DNA from: a virus
Taxonomy: Duplodnaviria > Caudoviricetes
IMG/VR virus record: IMGVR_UViG_3300033067_002141
Coordinates: 1 to 24,326 of that record
Reading direction: 5' to 3' (one strand)
DNA length: 24,326 nt
Under the pieces are notes generated by a model. The model had not been told where the DNA came from. It saw only the letters and a program-made list of their open reading frames with translations, and did not search any database. Made by a program: the position numbers and the translations under genes. Shown here in pieces: positions 23,749 to 24,326 of the stretch. Position 1 is the first letter of the stretch; each line of letters opens with the position of its first letter.

Positions 23749-24326
23749 ATGAAGAAAAAGACATTCGCCGAGTTTGCGGCACAAGCGACCCAGGTTCACG
23801 CAGGCAAGTACCACTACCCAGAGCAGGACTGCTCAGGAAAGCGCGGAGACGTGCGGTTCGTGTGCAATGTGCATGGAGAGCGAACGCAGGGAGCAGGTAA
23901 CCACCTCATGGGGGCTGGCTGCATGCTCTGCGGCCGTACAGAGCAAACTAAGAAGCGAAGCAAGGGGACGAGCACCTTCATACAGCAGGCCTCCATTTTG
24001 TACGGGGAGATGGACACCTTCGAGCGTACCGAGTACCGGAACACAATGACGGCAGTACAGCTCACGTGTCGAGCGCACGGAGACTACTGGATCCGACCAC
24101 ACAACTACTTGCGCATGGGACAGCGGTGTGCGCTGTGCGCGAAAGAAGGGAACACGGTACGCACCGAGGTCAAAGAAGCGTACAACGCACACTTTCGGCG
24201 GCGTATGGCCGAAGACCCTCTACACGCGATGAAGAAGCGCTTGCGCAAGCGTCTGCGGGAGTCACTGGTGAAACGTAGTCTGCCGAAAGACAAAAAACTG
24301 AGGGAGGTTCTAGGGTGCTCGTACGA
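23749..24326 (+). CDS. putative free-standing homing endonuclease with zinc-binding repeats (partial; absent from the ORF track)
   Basis: Open from the ATG at 23749 to the edge: MKKKTFAEF..VHAGKYHY...CNVHG...NHLMGAGCMLC and a second repeat TCRAHG...HNYLRMGQRCALC, then LRKRLRESL...LGCS. The nuclease domain is not within the window. Confidence 0.7.
   Translation, partial: MKKKTFAEFAAQATQVHAGKYHYPEQDCSGKRGDVRFVCNVHGERTQGAGNHLMGAGCMLCGRTEQTKKRSKGTSTFIQQASILYGEMDTFERTEYRNTMTAVQLTCRAHGDYWIRPHNYLRMGQRCALCAKEGNTVRTEVKEAYNAHFRRRMAEDPLHAMKKRLRKRLRESLVKRSLPKDKKLREVLGCSY

Overview
This is a 24.3-kb segment of a GC-rich tailed (podovirus-like) phage genome with two divergent arms. The left arm (1-14.2 kb, minus strand) is a tightly coupled early/accessory region. 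It carries a DUF3150-like gene, a DUF2201-type HExxH metallopeptidase-vWA gene, a MoxR-like AAA+ ATPase and about 30 small genes, including three apparent paralog groups. Seven copies of a 22-bp palindrome, CTCAGGTGC-N4-GCACCTGAG, punctuate this arm. Each lies just after a stop codon, and several sit inside larger repeated hairpin modules with compensatory changes. The right arm (14.5-24.3 kb, plus strand) is the packaging/head module: putative TerS, TerL, P22-like portal, a small conserved protein, GroES-like co-chaperonin, scaffold, two further head genes, major capsid protein, a terminator and a truncated zinc-finger homing-endonuclease-like gene. TerL contains a 302-aa intein whose centre has no recognisable endonuclease in its own frame, but an intact zinc-finger/Endonuclease VII (His-Me) ORF with its own ribosome-binding site is encoded in an overlapping frame. 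All family assignments come from motif recognition by eye; no database searches were run.
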